Program-made: the position numbers and the translations under genes | Notes under the pieces: generated by a model | What the model was told of the DNA's origin: nothing | Databases searched by the model: none | What the model saw: the letters and a program-made list of their open reading frames with translations, nothing else | NCBI GenBank assembly: GCA_950097015.1 | Contig: CATNEN010000003.1 | Location: 4,588,001-4,652,000, forward strand | Length of the DNA stretch: 64,000 bases | Direction of reading: 5' to 3' | DNA from: Macrostomum hystrix | Taxonomy: Eukaryota; Animalia; Platyhelminthes | In this document: positions 43,597 through 56,700 of the stretch, in pieces | Layout of the letters: each line of letters starts with the position of its first letter | How positions within the stretch are numbered: the first letter of the stretch is position 1

Positions 43597-46500
43597 TTTG
43601 TTGATTTTTTCATTGTTTTCATTGTTTTTGTTGTTATAAGACAAAGTAAAAAAATACAAAGATGAAAATTACACGAACGATTTTAAAGGCTGTGTACAGC
43701 TGTTCAGTCACAGTGTGTACAGTAAGGACTGGAGATCCGGCGCTTTTGCAATAATCTCAACCATAACTTTAAAATATCGGAAATTAACGTGTCTTGCTCA
43801 CGGAAAACATGGCTTCTCTACGGGCTAAGATTCGAACTCCCGAACTCTTGGTCAGTAGTTTGGAGCTCTATATAACTCGGTTAAAAACCTTGCATAATGA
43901 AACGAAAGTTGAAAGATTCTATAAAACGCCCAGATCGAAAGATCGCATCACTCTATTTTAAATTAAAAGATTCCATAGCAAAATCCAAGAACGAAAGGAC
44001 CTGTATTTCTATAGAATAGCTTGCCAATCGTTGTTAATATTTTACCTACTAAGCACAAAGAAGCAGCTTAATAGAAAAAGTAAAAAATAAAGCAGTCACT
44101 CTTTTACCTTTTCTACTTAATCTTTCGTGCAAAAAGGACTGCCCCGAGACAGAAATTTATTTTGTACGGAAAAAAGCAAAAATCCAAAGACCAAGAAGAC
44201 AAAGATTAAATAAAAAAATAATAAAATCCCTATTCTTAACTTGAAAGAATCTTGACACAAGGAATAATCCGCAGCTGGTCTAGATTTTCAGGTAAAAAAT
44301 ATTTTTAGGCAAACACAATATTGGAGGGTGAAAGAGTTAATAACTTGTCCAATGAAACGCAAGACCATGTTGCTTAAGATATGAGGACAAGCAAATAAAT
44401 TGACACTACAACAGCGAAGACTACATAGAACACAGAAAACATAAGTCATACTCAAAGCTGTCACAGAGCGTATAAACAAAGCCATGACGCGTCAAAATTT
44501 TTTGTGTAGATTCGTGAGTCAACGCAGTAGAACTCTTCTCCTACTGCTCATAATCATCTCAGCGTTTGTGAGTTTAAAATATCTGATTTCTCATTGTTTA
44601 ATCAGTAAAATTGGTACCAACATTAGCTGTACATATCGTACAAGTCGGCAAGGTTTAATTTCTTCAATCTAAACGTGACACAATTTGAATTGCAGCTAAT
44701 TGTTTACTACTCCAGTGTCCGAAGCAAAAACGAGACGAGTAAAGGTATCTTTTTCGAAGACTTCGGCGATATTAGCTCCAACAAGGAGTCAATGTACGAG
44801 CATGATGCCAAGGCTGACAATAAAGAAAAAAGCCAAGACCAGGCAATAGAAAAAGTAGTTGAACAGCCACATGTAGCAGTGGAGCCGACAGAAGTCAAGC
44901 CTGATCAGCCAGCCGACTTAATTCAACAAGAGCAAGGAAACAAAGAAAATGCAGAAAATAAACCCGAAGAAAATGCCGAAGAAAAACCAGAAGAGAAATT
45001 AGAGACAATTGACCAAGCAACCATGGAATCCGCCAACGATAATAGCGTCACTGAAACACCAGAATCTACGGAACAACCGCTGACGTCGGCTCAAAGCATT
45101 GTGGACGAAGTTATAGAAGTACCTCAAGAGCCGCTAGTTTTAGCCCTGCCGCGAATAATGCATCATCGAGTACCGAGCGAAATACTCCCAGTAGAATACC
45201 GAGCAACCATAGCAAGCTGCCTCAATAACAATGCCGACTGGAAGTACTTTGTTTGGCGCGATAAAGATCGAGACGAATTTATTCGCGCCCGATATCCTGA
45301 GCACATTGCTTGGTTTAACGAACAGGCTCAAACGCATCAGGACCAACTGTTTCGCTTCTTTGTACTGAAAGTCTATGGCGGAATCTATCTAGACAGCGAC
45401 ATGGAGTGCGTGAAACCGTTTGAGCCGCTGCTAACAAACACCACCCTGTTTGTAGCCCAAGAACGACCCGAACTAGCCAAGATTGTTAGAAATATGGAAC
45501 AGTCGGCAGACATTTCAGCACTGGCTGGCATGCCAGAGCACGAATTATTCACTAAGATACTGGAGGCGCTATCTACCGAACCAAAGGAAACCGCGGATGC
45601 TAGCACTTTGCTAACAAACAGCTTCGATGAGATAGCTAAGGCGCGTATAGCGATTGGACAAAATTGTAAACTGCAAGATTATCACTACTTCGGTGCAGCG
45701 TTGGACAACGCATTTCCTTGGCAGGAGGAGTGCCACGATGTCCTTGGTGAGTGTTTCAGCTATTGTGCACATTTAACTAAGTGGGCGAGCCCATGATGAT
45801 CAACTGTCAAGGTCTTGACGACGAAAAAGTCTGGGCTAATGTGCGTCCTTTGTGTCTTTGAGTGCTCAAGTGTATATTTGTGGGCCGACTATCAACTAAA
45901 ACGCGTCTAGTTACCACAGCTCTCTATGACTGAGTATATATAATAATTATTTTAATTTCAGCTGATCTGCAGCAGATGGCATCACCATACGCACCTGGCC
46001 ACGAATTGTACAACAAACAGCAGGGCTGTATTCAATTGCGCGACGAAGACTGGCTACTAGTTGACACTAGCAATGAAACAATAGCGTTGCACAGATTTCC
46101 AAAAGTCAGCCTAAATGACAACAACGTTGCTGCTGATTCAATGTTTAACTTAACAAATGAATTTAGCGATAGAGTGACATATTATGTATAAATAATATGC
46201 CTATGCGTTTAAAAGTCATTGTACTCAAACACACCCATCTGTTGCTAACGAATTTGGTTACGGCATAACAAATAATCAAGTATTTACCTGCGCATTGACT
46301 TTGACGCAGGAATAAACTCATGCTGAATCTCAATATCCAAAAAACTATTTTCACAGGTGAAAGAAGCAAAAACACGTCAAAAATAACATATATACAACAT
46401 GCTACAATATTACGCATCAATTTTACACAAAATATAAAATGTGCACCCTCGACTTCAATAACCAATACTTCGATGCTTCATATTAAAAAAGTCATAGTAA

Positions 46501-47841
46501 AAATGAATACAAGAGTCATTACTATAAGTAGTAACATTATCCTATACTACCTGGGAGCTGTGGGCTTCAGACTAGCTTCGAGCGTCAGAACGATAGGTCG
46601 GGAGTTCGAATTCCAAACCATACGCTCGTAGAAAAACAATTTGTCATTGAGCAAGAAAGACAATAAGATTAGATAGAAATTTGGATGGCTGTGGCAGTCT
46701 CAACAGTGTACTGAGCAGATGTACACAGGCTAGTAAACTGATAAACAATGAGAATTAGATACTCACCAGAACTGTTCCGCCAACGTGAAAACGGAACGGC
46801 TTTAGCACTTTCCATTGGACTAACCGGTTTGGCAGCATGGCAACTAGAGCCACTTCCGTAACGCGAGCCACATTTGCACTCCACTGCGAGTGTTAAAGAT
46901 AAACATAACTTTGCATTAATGCTAGTAACATGGACTGGTGACATGCTTGTGTTAGTATACTTACGAGCTACCGTATTGGAATAAGGAATATAATGCCATC
47001 TTCAATTTGGCTCTATCAAGTATCCCAACGACCCTCTCCACCTCACCTCTCCCCTGTTTTATCTCTTAATTGTTTTTAAAAAGTTTGCTCTCTTTGTCGA
47101 ATCTCTCCCCTGCTTATCTCCAGCCTCTCCGCTTTTTTATCGGTCTCATCTCTCCCGTCTCTTATCCTTCGCCGTCTTATCTCTACACTGTCTCATCTCT
47201 CCTACGCCTCATCTCTCGCATGTCTTATTACAGTATTATCTCATGTGATCTGTGTCTTATATCTCTCTTATTATATTTCTCTGCCTTAACACTCACAGTA
47301 ACACTTTAATCTACCAGTCTTTCTTGTCTTGTCTGTCCATTTGGTCCTCTGTAACTAGTCTTTTGGATACTATTTTCAATCTCAACAGGGCATAGAAGGA
47401 GCGTACACTGGAGTTCTGAACACTGGCTAACAACAAAAAAATTTAACTGGCAGATTTATATTGCTTAACAAGAACTCATTTATTATTATTCTTAGAGCAC
47501 ACGGAAGGGAGGGAAGACTTGCGAACAAAAACATAAATAGAAGAACAGACCTTCAAAGAATTGAGATACTCGGCAGTGTGTACTTTTAACAGATCAGTTT
47601 GCTGAGCCTCAACAGGCTGAACAAGCTGTCTGGCCTGTAGCAAGCCGGCCTCAATAATGAAGCTGACAATTTTGCCCCATTTTCCAGAATCAAATGGGTG
47701 CAGTTTTTCTAAGCCGGCAAAGCTAATATTGTAAGTTGGATGATAGACAATCGGCCAACTGCTAGCCGGCACATCAATATAGAGAGGACTGCGATAGCTG
47801 CTTGACGACGCAGCCTCATTGGACTCGGCATTACTCGTCAT
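40523..47841 (-). CDS. HDAC11: Histone deacetylase 11 (class IV), 5 coding exons, ~351 aa
   Basis: Exons 47841-47551, 46883-46767, 42972-42681, 41241-41063, 40699-40523, all GT-AG and in phase. Motifs WPIVY..YNISFAGLEKLHPFDSGKW, GWAINIGGGFHH, GGGFCAYADI, DLDAHQGNGHERDF, YNAGTDI..GDPLG, VTSGGYQ. Confidence 0.96.
40785..41040. repeat. 25-bp minisatellite in HDAC11 intron 4
   Basis: (CTGTCACTCTGTGTGTATGATCAGT)n. Confidence 0.93.
41335..42620. repeat. 30-bp minisatellite in HDAC11 intron 3
   Basis: (AAAACCTTCAGGACATCGATTGTTATTCCT)n. Confidence 0.97.
42985..43635. repeat. Compound (GTT/GAT)n trinucleotide microsatellite
   Basis: Triplet array ending ~10 nt from the HDAC11 exon 3 acceptor. Confidence 0.97.
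44484..46191 (+). CDS. GT32-family (DXD) type II membrane glycosyltransferase, ~454 aa, nested in HDAC11 intron 2
   Basis: Exons 44484-44567, 44696-45746, 45962-46191, in phase with GT-AG. Spliced TM anchor RTLLLLLIIISAF|LIVYY, acidic stem, LPRIMHH, NADWKYFVWRD, DQLFRFFVLKVYGGIYLDSDMECVKPF. Confidence 0.88.
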
Positions 47842-48492
47842 TCAGCTTATTTTCGAATCATTAGGAACCACAAAAATTTGCTGTTAGTTTTCTACTACTG
47901 CTACTGTTAGTAGCAACCTGAAATTGGTAAGTTTTTTCACATAAAATACAAGTTTTTCACCGAAACACTTTCCAGAAACATAAATTGCTGTTTATGTCTG
48001 AATGTATCACCATCGCTAAATTTAGATTGCATATTTATACCTGTTTATCATAAATATTAGAAATATAGCACAGTATGTTATTTTAGGTATTGTAATAAGT
48101 TACTGCATAGTAAAAAGGAACTTTGAGCTAATGAAGAAAAAAAGCAAGGAATTGCCGTGGACATGCCATTGTCATTCCTGCTTGCACTTAAATTGTACAC
48201 TTTATACAGTTAATATACTGGCCTTATAATTCAACTAATATATATATTAATCTTAAAAAACTTATATTGAAAGAGAATAAAGGCTATATACAATATATTT
48301 TTGTGTACTTATATACATATATATATATATGTATACATATATTGCAGATTGCAATAGAAAATTATGAATGACAAGAAAGGCATGGAAAAATGAATTACAC
48401 CATAAGCACAAAAGCAACATCTTTATGCTTTAGGCAAATTTAGAATTTTAAAATTTTAGTTTCAAAATGACATTAATCAGTAGCCTAGTAAC

Positions 48493-48913
48493 CATACATG
48501 TGCAACACCCAGCTGACCCGGCCGAACCGGCCGGGTGAAACAAGTGCCAAGCAAGGTAGGTAAGTCGCAAAAACCAATCAACCAAGCGCAAAAAAATCCA
48601 AGGGGGACCAAGGGACAAAAAAGGAAGGCGTGAAGAAAAGGAAAAAAGGGGAGAGAAAAAGAGAGCAAATGAGAGCAAACTAAGTTGTAGGGGGGACCAA
48701 GGGACAAAAAAGGAAGGCGTGAAGAAAAGGAAAAAAAGGGAAAGAAAAAGAGAGCAAATGAGAGCAAACTAAGTTGTAAATTGGAATATTTAGAGCAATT
48801 TGAATATAGAGCAATGAAACGAACTAAGTTGCAAATGAGAGCAAACTAAGTCGTAAAAAGAGCAAAAACTAAGTCGCATGGCTGGCTAAGATTTGGGAGG
48901 TTGCGCATGTATG
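48493..48913. mobile_element. hAT-type MITE with 8-bp TSD
   Basis: TIR CATACATG(T/C)GCAAC; TSD CTAGTAAC at 48485-48492 and 48914-48921; empty site in the duplicate at 50038-50045. Confidence 0.92.
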
Positions 48914-48941
48914 CTAGTAACTTTCTTTATCTACTTCATTA

Positions 48942-49584
48942 GGGTAATGTATCATCAACTGAACAGTGTATCTTCAAAACTGAACAAGAATTCTGACTTC
49001 TTCCTTGGTCTTGTGCAAGACAGAAACAAACTATTGTGTTTCACAGAACAACTAATTTGAAAGTTGAAGAAATTATCTACAAGCTGAGGCATGATGTGCA
49101 ATGAAGCATTAAGAGGAAAGAAAGATATTGATGTTTCAGTCGAAATTTTTTTTGCAAAAGCATACTTTTTAACAACATTTTTTCAGTATGTACTTTAGAC
49201 AAAGATTGTATGTGGTTGCGTGCCAATTAAATGACCATAAATGTAGTTATCTATAGAGCATGAAAAATGCTTTCAAATTATATAATTCATGATAGTTCAC
49301 TCCTTATAATAAGATTAAACCACTCACTCAAATTGTAAAACCAAACATCAAATTCTCTGTTTGGTTTGAAGATACATGAAAATCATTGTTCAGTTTTAGA
49401 TAAAAAGCAGGAATAACTTTTTTCTATTTGATACAATAGCAAAAGCAGATACTTTTTTGAAAGATGTAACTGTTTTCTATAACTTAGCTTTTGATTTATC
49501 ATCATATCTTAAATAGAAAATCTATAGCTTAGGTTTGAAGTTAAAAAAATACACATTCTTGTTTGGTTGATCGATACATTACCC
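48942..49584. mobile_element. TA-flanked TIR element (Tc1/mariner-like MITE)
   Basis: TA-GGGTAATGTATCATCAAC ... GTTGATCGATACATTACCC-TA. Confidence 0.85.
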
Positions 49585-51324
49585 TATGTTATTTTAGGTA
49601 TTGTAATAAGTTAGGCTTATGGCATAGTAAAAAGGAACTTTGAGCTAAAAGAGAAAAAAGCAAGGAATTGCCGTGGACATGCCATTGTCATTCCTGCTTG
49701 CACTTAAATTGTATACTTTATACAGTTAATATACTGGCCTTATATTTCAACTAATTTATTTAGTTGTTTAGTTATTTAGTTCAATTAATATATTTATTAA
49801 ACTTTAAAAACTTCTATTGAAAGAGAAAGGAGGCTATATACATATATTTTGTGTACTTATATACATATATACATATATATATGTATACATATATTGCAGA
49901 TTGCAATAGAAAATTATGAATTACAAGAAAGGCAAGAAAAAATGAATTACACCATAAGCACAAAAGCAACATCTTTATGCTTTAGGCAAATTTAGAATTT
50001 TAAAATTTTAGTTTCAAAATGACCTTCAATCAGTAGCCTAGTAACTTTCTTTGTTATCTACTTCATTACTCAGACTGACAACTATAAATCAAGTCACCAC
50101 TATAGTTTCTATAGATAGCCTAGATAAAAATCTAACCTAAATTTAACTTTAACTTTGCCCATTGGCTTGATGACAAAGTTTCCATTCTGAAAATTGGATG
50201 AAAATTGTGTAAGATGATGAAAAAAGTGTCCAGGAACCTTGCTGGAGATTCTTGGAAAGTTTCTGTATTGGGTTGCCCAATACTATTGCTTGCTACTATG
50301 TCATTTGATGGGCTGTTATGTCACAACTTTTTAAGTGAGAAAAAGTTGTAAAATAATCTACTGCCACAAAATATTTTATGTAATAGGCCTATGCTAGACC
50401 AAATATATATATAGCTAACAAATGTCAAATGTAGGCCTAGTTAGTTAGTCTACACACAGTACATTTTTAGTTAGGCTAGGGCCTAGTCTACACAGTACAT
50501 TTATGAACTAGGCCCAACACTCCAACAGTATAATGGACTGCAACAATCTAAGGATTAACTTTAAATATGGCCTAGGTAGGTAAAGACCCTGTACTCTAGC
50601 CCCAAAAGGCATAGGTAGGCATTTTAGCCATTTAAACTTAAGCCTGGCTGTTTAAAGTTTTCAAACAAGCTACAACCTAAGATTGCAAAATATTTGGCTT
50701 AAGAAGTTAAGGCTATAGGCCTACAACTAAGCGAAAGGTACAAATGCTGTTTCCATGCTGCCATACTGGAAATGTAAAAGAAAATCTTATATACTAAAAA
50801 TGAAATGGTTGCTTGGTTGCTTGTAATTGATTTTCTCCCGAACGGCTCAACCGATTTTCACCATTTCTTCACCAAAAGATGATAAATATGGGCAGAATTT
50901 TACACGTATTTTTAATAAGCTTAACTTTATTGTTAAGGGGATTAAATATTCGAAAAACTGTTTTAGATAGGATTTTTAATGCATTTCATCAGAGCCAGTT
51001 TTGTCAACGTGCATTCCACTGCCAATTTTAATGATTGCATCAGGGCCAGTTTTGTTAATAGTGAGTATAACACTGATAAGAATTTCACTGTGTCAAATGT
51101 ACATAGCTATGTCAACCCCACTGACGAGACAGTCAGTACGAATTTATAAATAGATTACATCACAGCTTTTCTCACCCGTGTGTGTGTGTGTGTGTGTGTG
51201 TGTTTCATTTGAATAGGTAAAATGTGCATAGCAGACTTCAATTCAACGATATATTGAGACATCTACTCCTTTCTTACTACAACATATAAATCATCAAATC
51301 TTTAACAAAATTTCAATCGAGAAA

Positions 51325-51910
51325 AGTGTCCAACAGTTTTTTAAATGTCCAACAGTTTTTTAAATGTCCTACAGTTTTCTACATGTGTTTACCAGTATTC
51401 TAAATGTGTTTACCAGTATTCTAAAAGTGTTTACCAGTTTTCTAAATGTGTTTACCAGTATTCTAAAAGTGTTCACCAGTATTCTAAAAGTGTTTACCAG
51501 TATTCTAAATGTGTTTAACAGTATTCTAAAAGTGTTTACCAGTATTCTAAAAGTGTTTACCAGTATTCTAAAAGTGTTTACCAGTATTCTAAATGTGTTT
51601 ACCAGTATTTTAAATGTGTTTACCAGTATTCTAAATGTGTTTACCAGTATTCTAAAAGTGTTTACCAGTATTCTAAAAGTGTTTACAAGTATTCTAAATG
51701 TGTTTACCAGTATTCTAAATGTGTTTACCAGTATTCTAAATGTTTTAATAGTATTCTAAATGTGTTTACCAGTATTCTAAATGTGTTTACCAGTATTCTA
51801 AATGCTTTTTACCAGTATTCTAAATGTGTTTAACAGTTTTCTAAAACTGGGTCTCGGTATTCTAAATGTGTTTTATAGTTCTCTAAATGTGTCTAAAAGT
51901 TTTCTAAGTG
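51325..51910. repeat. 21-bp minisatellite (AAATGTGTTTACCAGTATTCT)
   Basis: Direct tandem array. Confidence 0.95.
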
Positions 51911-51914
51911 TGGA

Positions 51915-52460
51915 TTAACTGCTGGGGAGGAATTACTGCTCTGCTGCTGGGGGGGAATTACTGCTCTGCTGCTGGGGGGAATTACTGCTCTGCTGCTGGG
52001 GGGGAATTACTGCTCTGCTGCTGGGGGGAATTACTGCTCTGCTGCTGGGGGGGAATTACTGCTTTGCTGCTGGGGGTGGGGGGAATTACTGCTCTGCTGC
52101 TGGGGGGGGAATTACTGCTCTGCTGCTGGGGGGATTACTGCTCTGCTGCTGGGGGGAATTACTGCTCTGCTGCTGGGGGGGAATTACTGCTCTGCTGCTG
52201 GGGGGAATTACTGCTCTGCTGCTGGGGGGGAATTACTGCTCTGCTGCTGGGGGGAATTACTGCTCTGCTGCTGGGGGGGAATTACTGCTCTGCTGCTGGG
52301 GGGGAATTACTGCTTTGCTGCTGGGGGTGGGGGGAATTACTGCTCTGCTGCTGGGGGGGGGAATTACTGCTCTGCTGCTGGGGGGGATTACTGCTCTGCT
52401 GCTGGGGGGGGAATTACTGCTCTGCTGCTGGGGGGAATTACTTCTCAGCAGCTGGGGAGA
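51915..52460. repeat. ~23-26-bp G-run minisatellite (GGGGGGAATTACTGCTCTGCTGCT)
   Basis: Direct tandem array with variable G-run. Confidence 0.95.
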
Positions 52461-53263
52461 CACTGGTTTTTTACTGCTGAGGGGATAGTTTTCACATGTA
52501 CTTAAGTAGCATTAAGCTGAGTTGTATCAAACGTAAGTTACTTGTGTAATTTTGCCCCGATGGGGCTCTTGGTGTACAGACTGAATGTGTCAGACAGACT
52601 ATTTTTGTATTTAGTGAGAATTCAAATTTTCGTTGAATTGCAATCACATACGAGTGTATATTTGCAATCAGGGAAATTAATACTGACGACATGAGTTTTC
52701 ATTTTTGTTTGCTTTCAGGTGTATTTTGTCCTTCTGCATTACACAATATTTTTGTTTGAACAGTAGTGCCCCCCAAAGGGGGGCTTAGTGTGCTAGTTCA
52801 GATTGCTAAAAATTCAACAATAATAAACAAAAAAAGTCAAATGAGCATAGGCCCTATGCTATTACAGAACTACAGATATACATCATATACTTAATAAAAG
52901 TAATTATTCAGAAAACGAAGAGTTTACAAAAGCTAACTATTACTGAGATTTTTTAAATTTACGTCATATGCATTAAAGCCAGGGGCCGAATCTGTAAAGG
53001 CATAACATAACTTTGGTTAAATTATTTGTATGTTTCATTAATTCTCTCTTAATTAATAACTCTCAAATTTTGACATAACAAAAACAGATGGGTTAAAACG
53101 GTGCTTGTTAGAAAAACCAAAAATAAACAAATGTCACATTAAGTGATACCAGCAAAGCCATTTAACGATAAATTTAATAAAGCCTTTGCATCGCAATTAA
53201 ATTAACTGAACAATATCTTAATTCTATGAGATGAAAAATCTTAGAGGAGAAATATTACACAAT

Positions 53264-53772
53264 GACGTATAAATCTTTCACCGCATTGTTTTCCGCATGG
53301 TTTTCCGCATGGTTTTCCGCATGGTTTTTTTCCCCGTATTTTTGCATCATGCTGACTTGAATAAAGCACTCATGTGCTGCAATAATCCTTGGTAACATTT
53401 TTAGCAAACATATGAAAGAGATTCTAACAACTATATCATACAATATTATATGATACTAGGTCATATTTTACCAGATCATGCCATATCATACCATAACATG
53501 CCATATTATACCATATCATGCCATATAATAAAAAATCATGCCATATCATACCATATCATACCAGATCATGTCATATGCTAACATATAGACTATACTTCAT
53601 CATACAAGATTAATACTATACCAGGTCATATCATACCATCCATTAAATTAAATTACAGTTTCACAGTAATTTTTACACCATACAAAATTTTTTTTATTTT
53701 TACACGGAAAAAAACCGTGCGGAAAACCATGCGGAAAACCATGCGGAAAACAATGCGGTGAAAGACCCACTC
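53264..53772. mobile_element. MULE/foldback-like MITE
   Basis: ~65-bp TIR built from (TTTTCCGCATGG) repeats; direct flank ATTACACAAT at 53254-53263 and 53773-53782; internal ATACCATATC repeats. Confidence 0.75.
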
Positions 53773-56700
53773 ATTACACAATGTGCTTTGAAAGTATTGG
53801 TTGTATAAAAGTACAATTGCTTGCCACCATGAAAAAAATTTTAGCAGAGCAAATGCGAGACGCTTGTTAACAGATAAATTGCTAAGAACTTCTTATACTT
53901 ACGTAGTTATATTATGCATTGTCGAGCAGATACAGCTCGAGCGGACAGTAAGGAGGCGCGGGTCATAGTTCCGATCACCCCCTGACAACCGGATGACCTT
54001 TGATGAGGTAGCGATGCATGCTTACTGTGAGAACCATGTGCCATCATTTGAACCTGCAGTGCACTCTTCCACACCAGTGGAGGGAAAGAAGTCAGAAGTC
54101 AGATTTGTCCCGTGTTTAATTATTAATTCACTGCGGGCAAGCAGCACGACGTACCAGTATATGTAACGTATACGTACGTAATTGTACTTTCGAAGTTCCT
54201 GTAAATTTTATGGGGTATTCGTCATGACTTATTTTTAGAAATGCACACATGCAAAAATTTCGATGCTTTCAAATTGGCACGTTAGTCGGCCTTTGACAAA
54301 GCCAAAAACAGCTCCAAAGACAATGACAAATCTACGTGGAAAAGTTCCTCTCATGTTGGGACAACTAAAACAAATATATGGAGACCAGATAGCCTGCAAG
54401 TTAAAATTTGGCTTTCGTTAAAACAAGCCCCCAGAAAAGACTTGAATTAAGTACAGCAGGTCATGAGAATTAGACCGAAGCCCATATAGAATACTGGGAT
54501 CAGACTGGGCTGGGACCGGGACATCGTTTATGGCGAGACTACGTGGACAAAGCGTTCATCAGCAATTGTGAAACACTGCGACATAACCGGGCGCGGTTGG
54601 AAGCCACATGACGAAGAAGCTATAGATGACGAAGGTACGAGTTTACATTATCTGGGGGGGATCAGCACCCAGAATGTTAGGGGCCCTTTAAGTCCTGTTA
54701 AAGCGATTTAATTTTATGAATATGATTTGGTCCCTACCAAGTAAATGCTGCATCGCGTATAGAGAGTTCTTTGAGGATAAAGAAACTAAAAGTACATGAT
54801 ACATGCAAAACATATGATATGTATGGGCCGAAAGTTAACAGGACGTCCTATACACAGTGGAGAGTTGGACACATTGACACCGTGCATGCATTACCGCGAA
54901 TGCGACCTGCAGCTTGGTCCAAGGGAGGCTGATAATTGTGCATGTATTCAGCTAGGATAAGCGGCTATTAATAGACCATATGTGCTGGCCAATAGTCATT
55001 TCAAGATTCTGACCCTATGGGGGGGAATAGTTACAGTAATTTAAGCGAAAAAAGTCGTTTTATTAAAGCAGTCATTATTGGAGCGCAATAAAATACATTT
55101 TGTAAAGTTCGATTTCATCTAATGAGCAGAAACCACCACAACTGGCAAGTAATGTAATAAAAACTGCTACATTTTTTATGAAGGCTGCAGTACATATTTT
55201 TAATACATTCATTTCTCCATACTCCAGCTAGGTAACTAGGCGTAATTAAAGGCGCTCTAACTCGAAACCTAATGTCCGCTCAGCAAAACAGCAATCAAGG
55301 ACACCTGAGGCTGAACAACTATGAGCTGAATTCTGCTGCTGCTGCTGCTGCTGCTGCTCCTGCTCAATCAACTGGCGACAATCAAACGCTAGACCCGGAA
55401 ACAATTAATCAGATTCCACCTTCAGTTATCTATTCAAAAGAGGTGTTAGATCTCGGGGTCACTTTTATCGAGCCCTAAACGAGTTGGCAACTATAGCTGA
55501 GAGGTGAAAATGCAGGTGTTGTCAGGGCATTCTCAATGATGCCCTGAAGTCTAAAGAATCCAATATATCCAAGACTATTTACGCACTCGGAAGCCTAGCA
55601 TAAATCTACCATTTAGTTAATCATCTGTTTATAATTCATTAAAACTCATAAATATGTTTTTAAAAAGTTACTTTTCGTTTTTTTCTTTACCCTTTTGACA
55701 CCGAATGAGTTAATAATCAATGAGAACATGTCAAAGGTATAGTTCTCCTACCAATTGTGAAGTCATAAAGACAATTTTCAATTCTAACGGATTTCTAGTG
55801 GTCTCCATAGCATACGAGCTAGTAATAATGTTTTTATTATTGATTACGCCTGCCCAGATTGGGCCAGATGTGCAGCCGACAGCACAGCCGCAGCCATTGC
55901 GCGGCGCATCTGAATGCTCCGTATACGGCTGTAAATCAGTCCATGGACTGGGGAACGCCTCAAACATCCGTAAATTACAGTCAGCTATAATGCTTGTATC
56001 CATTTAGCAGTTTGGTCAAGTTAAGCAACACACCGTTATGAAAACAACTTTCCTATGAATATATGAATCATTTATATTAACTTACCTTCGTGAATTTCAG
56101 GACGAATCTAAATTGTTGCTTTTCGATGACAGATGAGGAAAGTTCAGAAAATTATTGAAAATTAATTTTATTCTACTTATCGACAGCGTCCACAGCGACA
56201 ATCAAGCCATGTAACGCCGACGTGTTACGGAGAACGGCGAGGAAAAAGAAAGAGATTTTTGCTCTGGTGGTTTGAATTTATACATTTGAAAGGTACATAT
56301 AGTCCCTGTGGGCTTTTGAGATACTAAAAATAGTAAAAACGTATGTCATTTTCTAAATGTCAGCCTCCATGAAAAGAAGATAGACAAATCAAGTACAATA
56401 TTTAAAGCATGTGAAGAAGGACGTTCCCTAGCCTCTCTCTCCCTTGCGTACAGAAACATCACGTGACTGAAAAATTATTATCCAGACTTCACTTCTGTCT
56501 TACGAGTTATTTATAGGTATGTCAAGTTTTGACATAACCTCTAAATTTAGACTCCCAACACGTGATAATTGAAAAGATTTGAGACCTGACTTTCCTCATT
56601 ACTGTCACTGATTATAAGAAACAATTCGAATTGCAAAGAAATAAGGACAGAAGAAAGTGTTCGTTAAAATCAATTTCACAGGGTCGAAAGCCTCACTTGC

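Larger units (their letters stand above)
48074..50068. repeat. Local duplication (48074-48941 and 49585-50068) separated by a TIR element
   Basis: TATGTTATTTTAGGTATTG...ATCTACTTCATTA present twice. Confidence 0.92.

Noticed and set aside
46669-46944. 91-aa ORF as an independent gene
   Set aside because: Wrong-frame read of HDAC11 exon 2 (WSANVARVTEV...VGGTVL).
51115-51150. Hammerhead ribozyme (CTGACGAG...CGAA); also CTGAAGA at the Penelope relic (~28208-28214, minus)
   Set aside because: Stem II and GAAA core are broken and no stem I/III pairing was found.
55272-56007. Short ORFs with poly-Ala or CGC motifs
   Set aside because: Derived from a (GCT)n run and a SINE family 2 fragment; no supporting gene structure.
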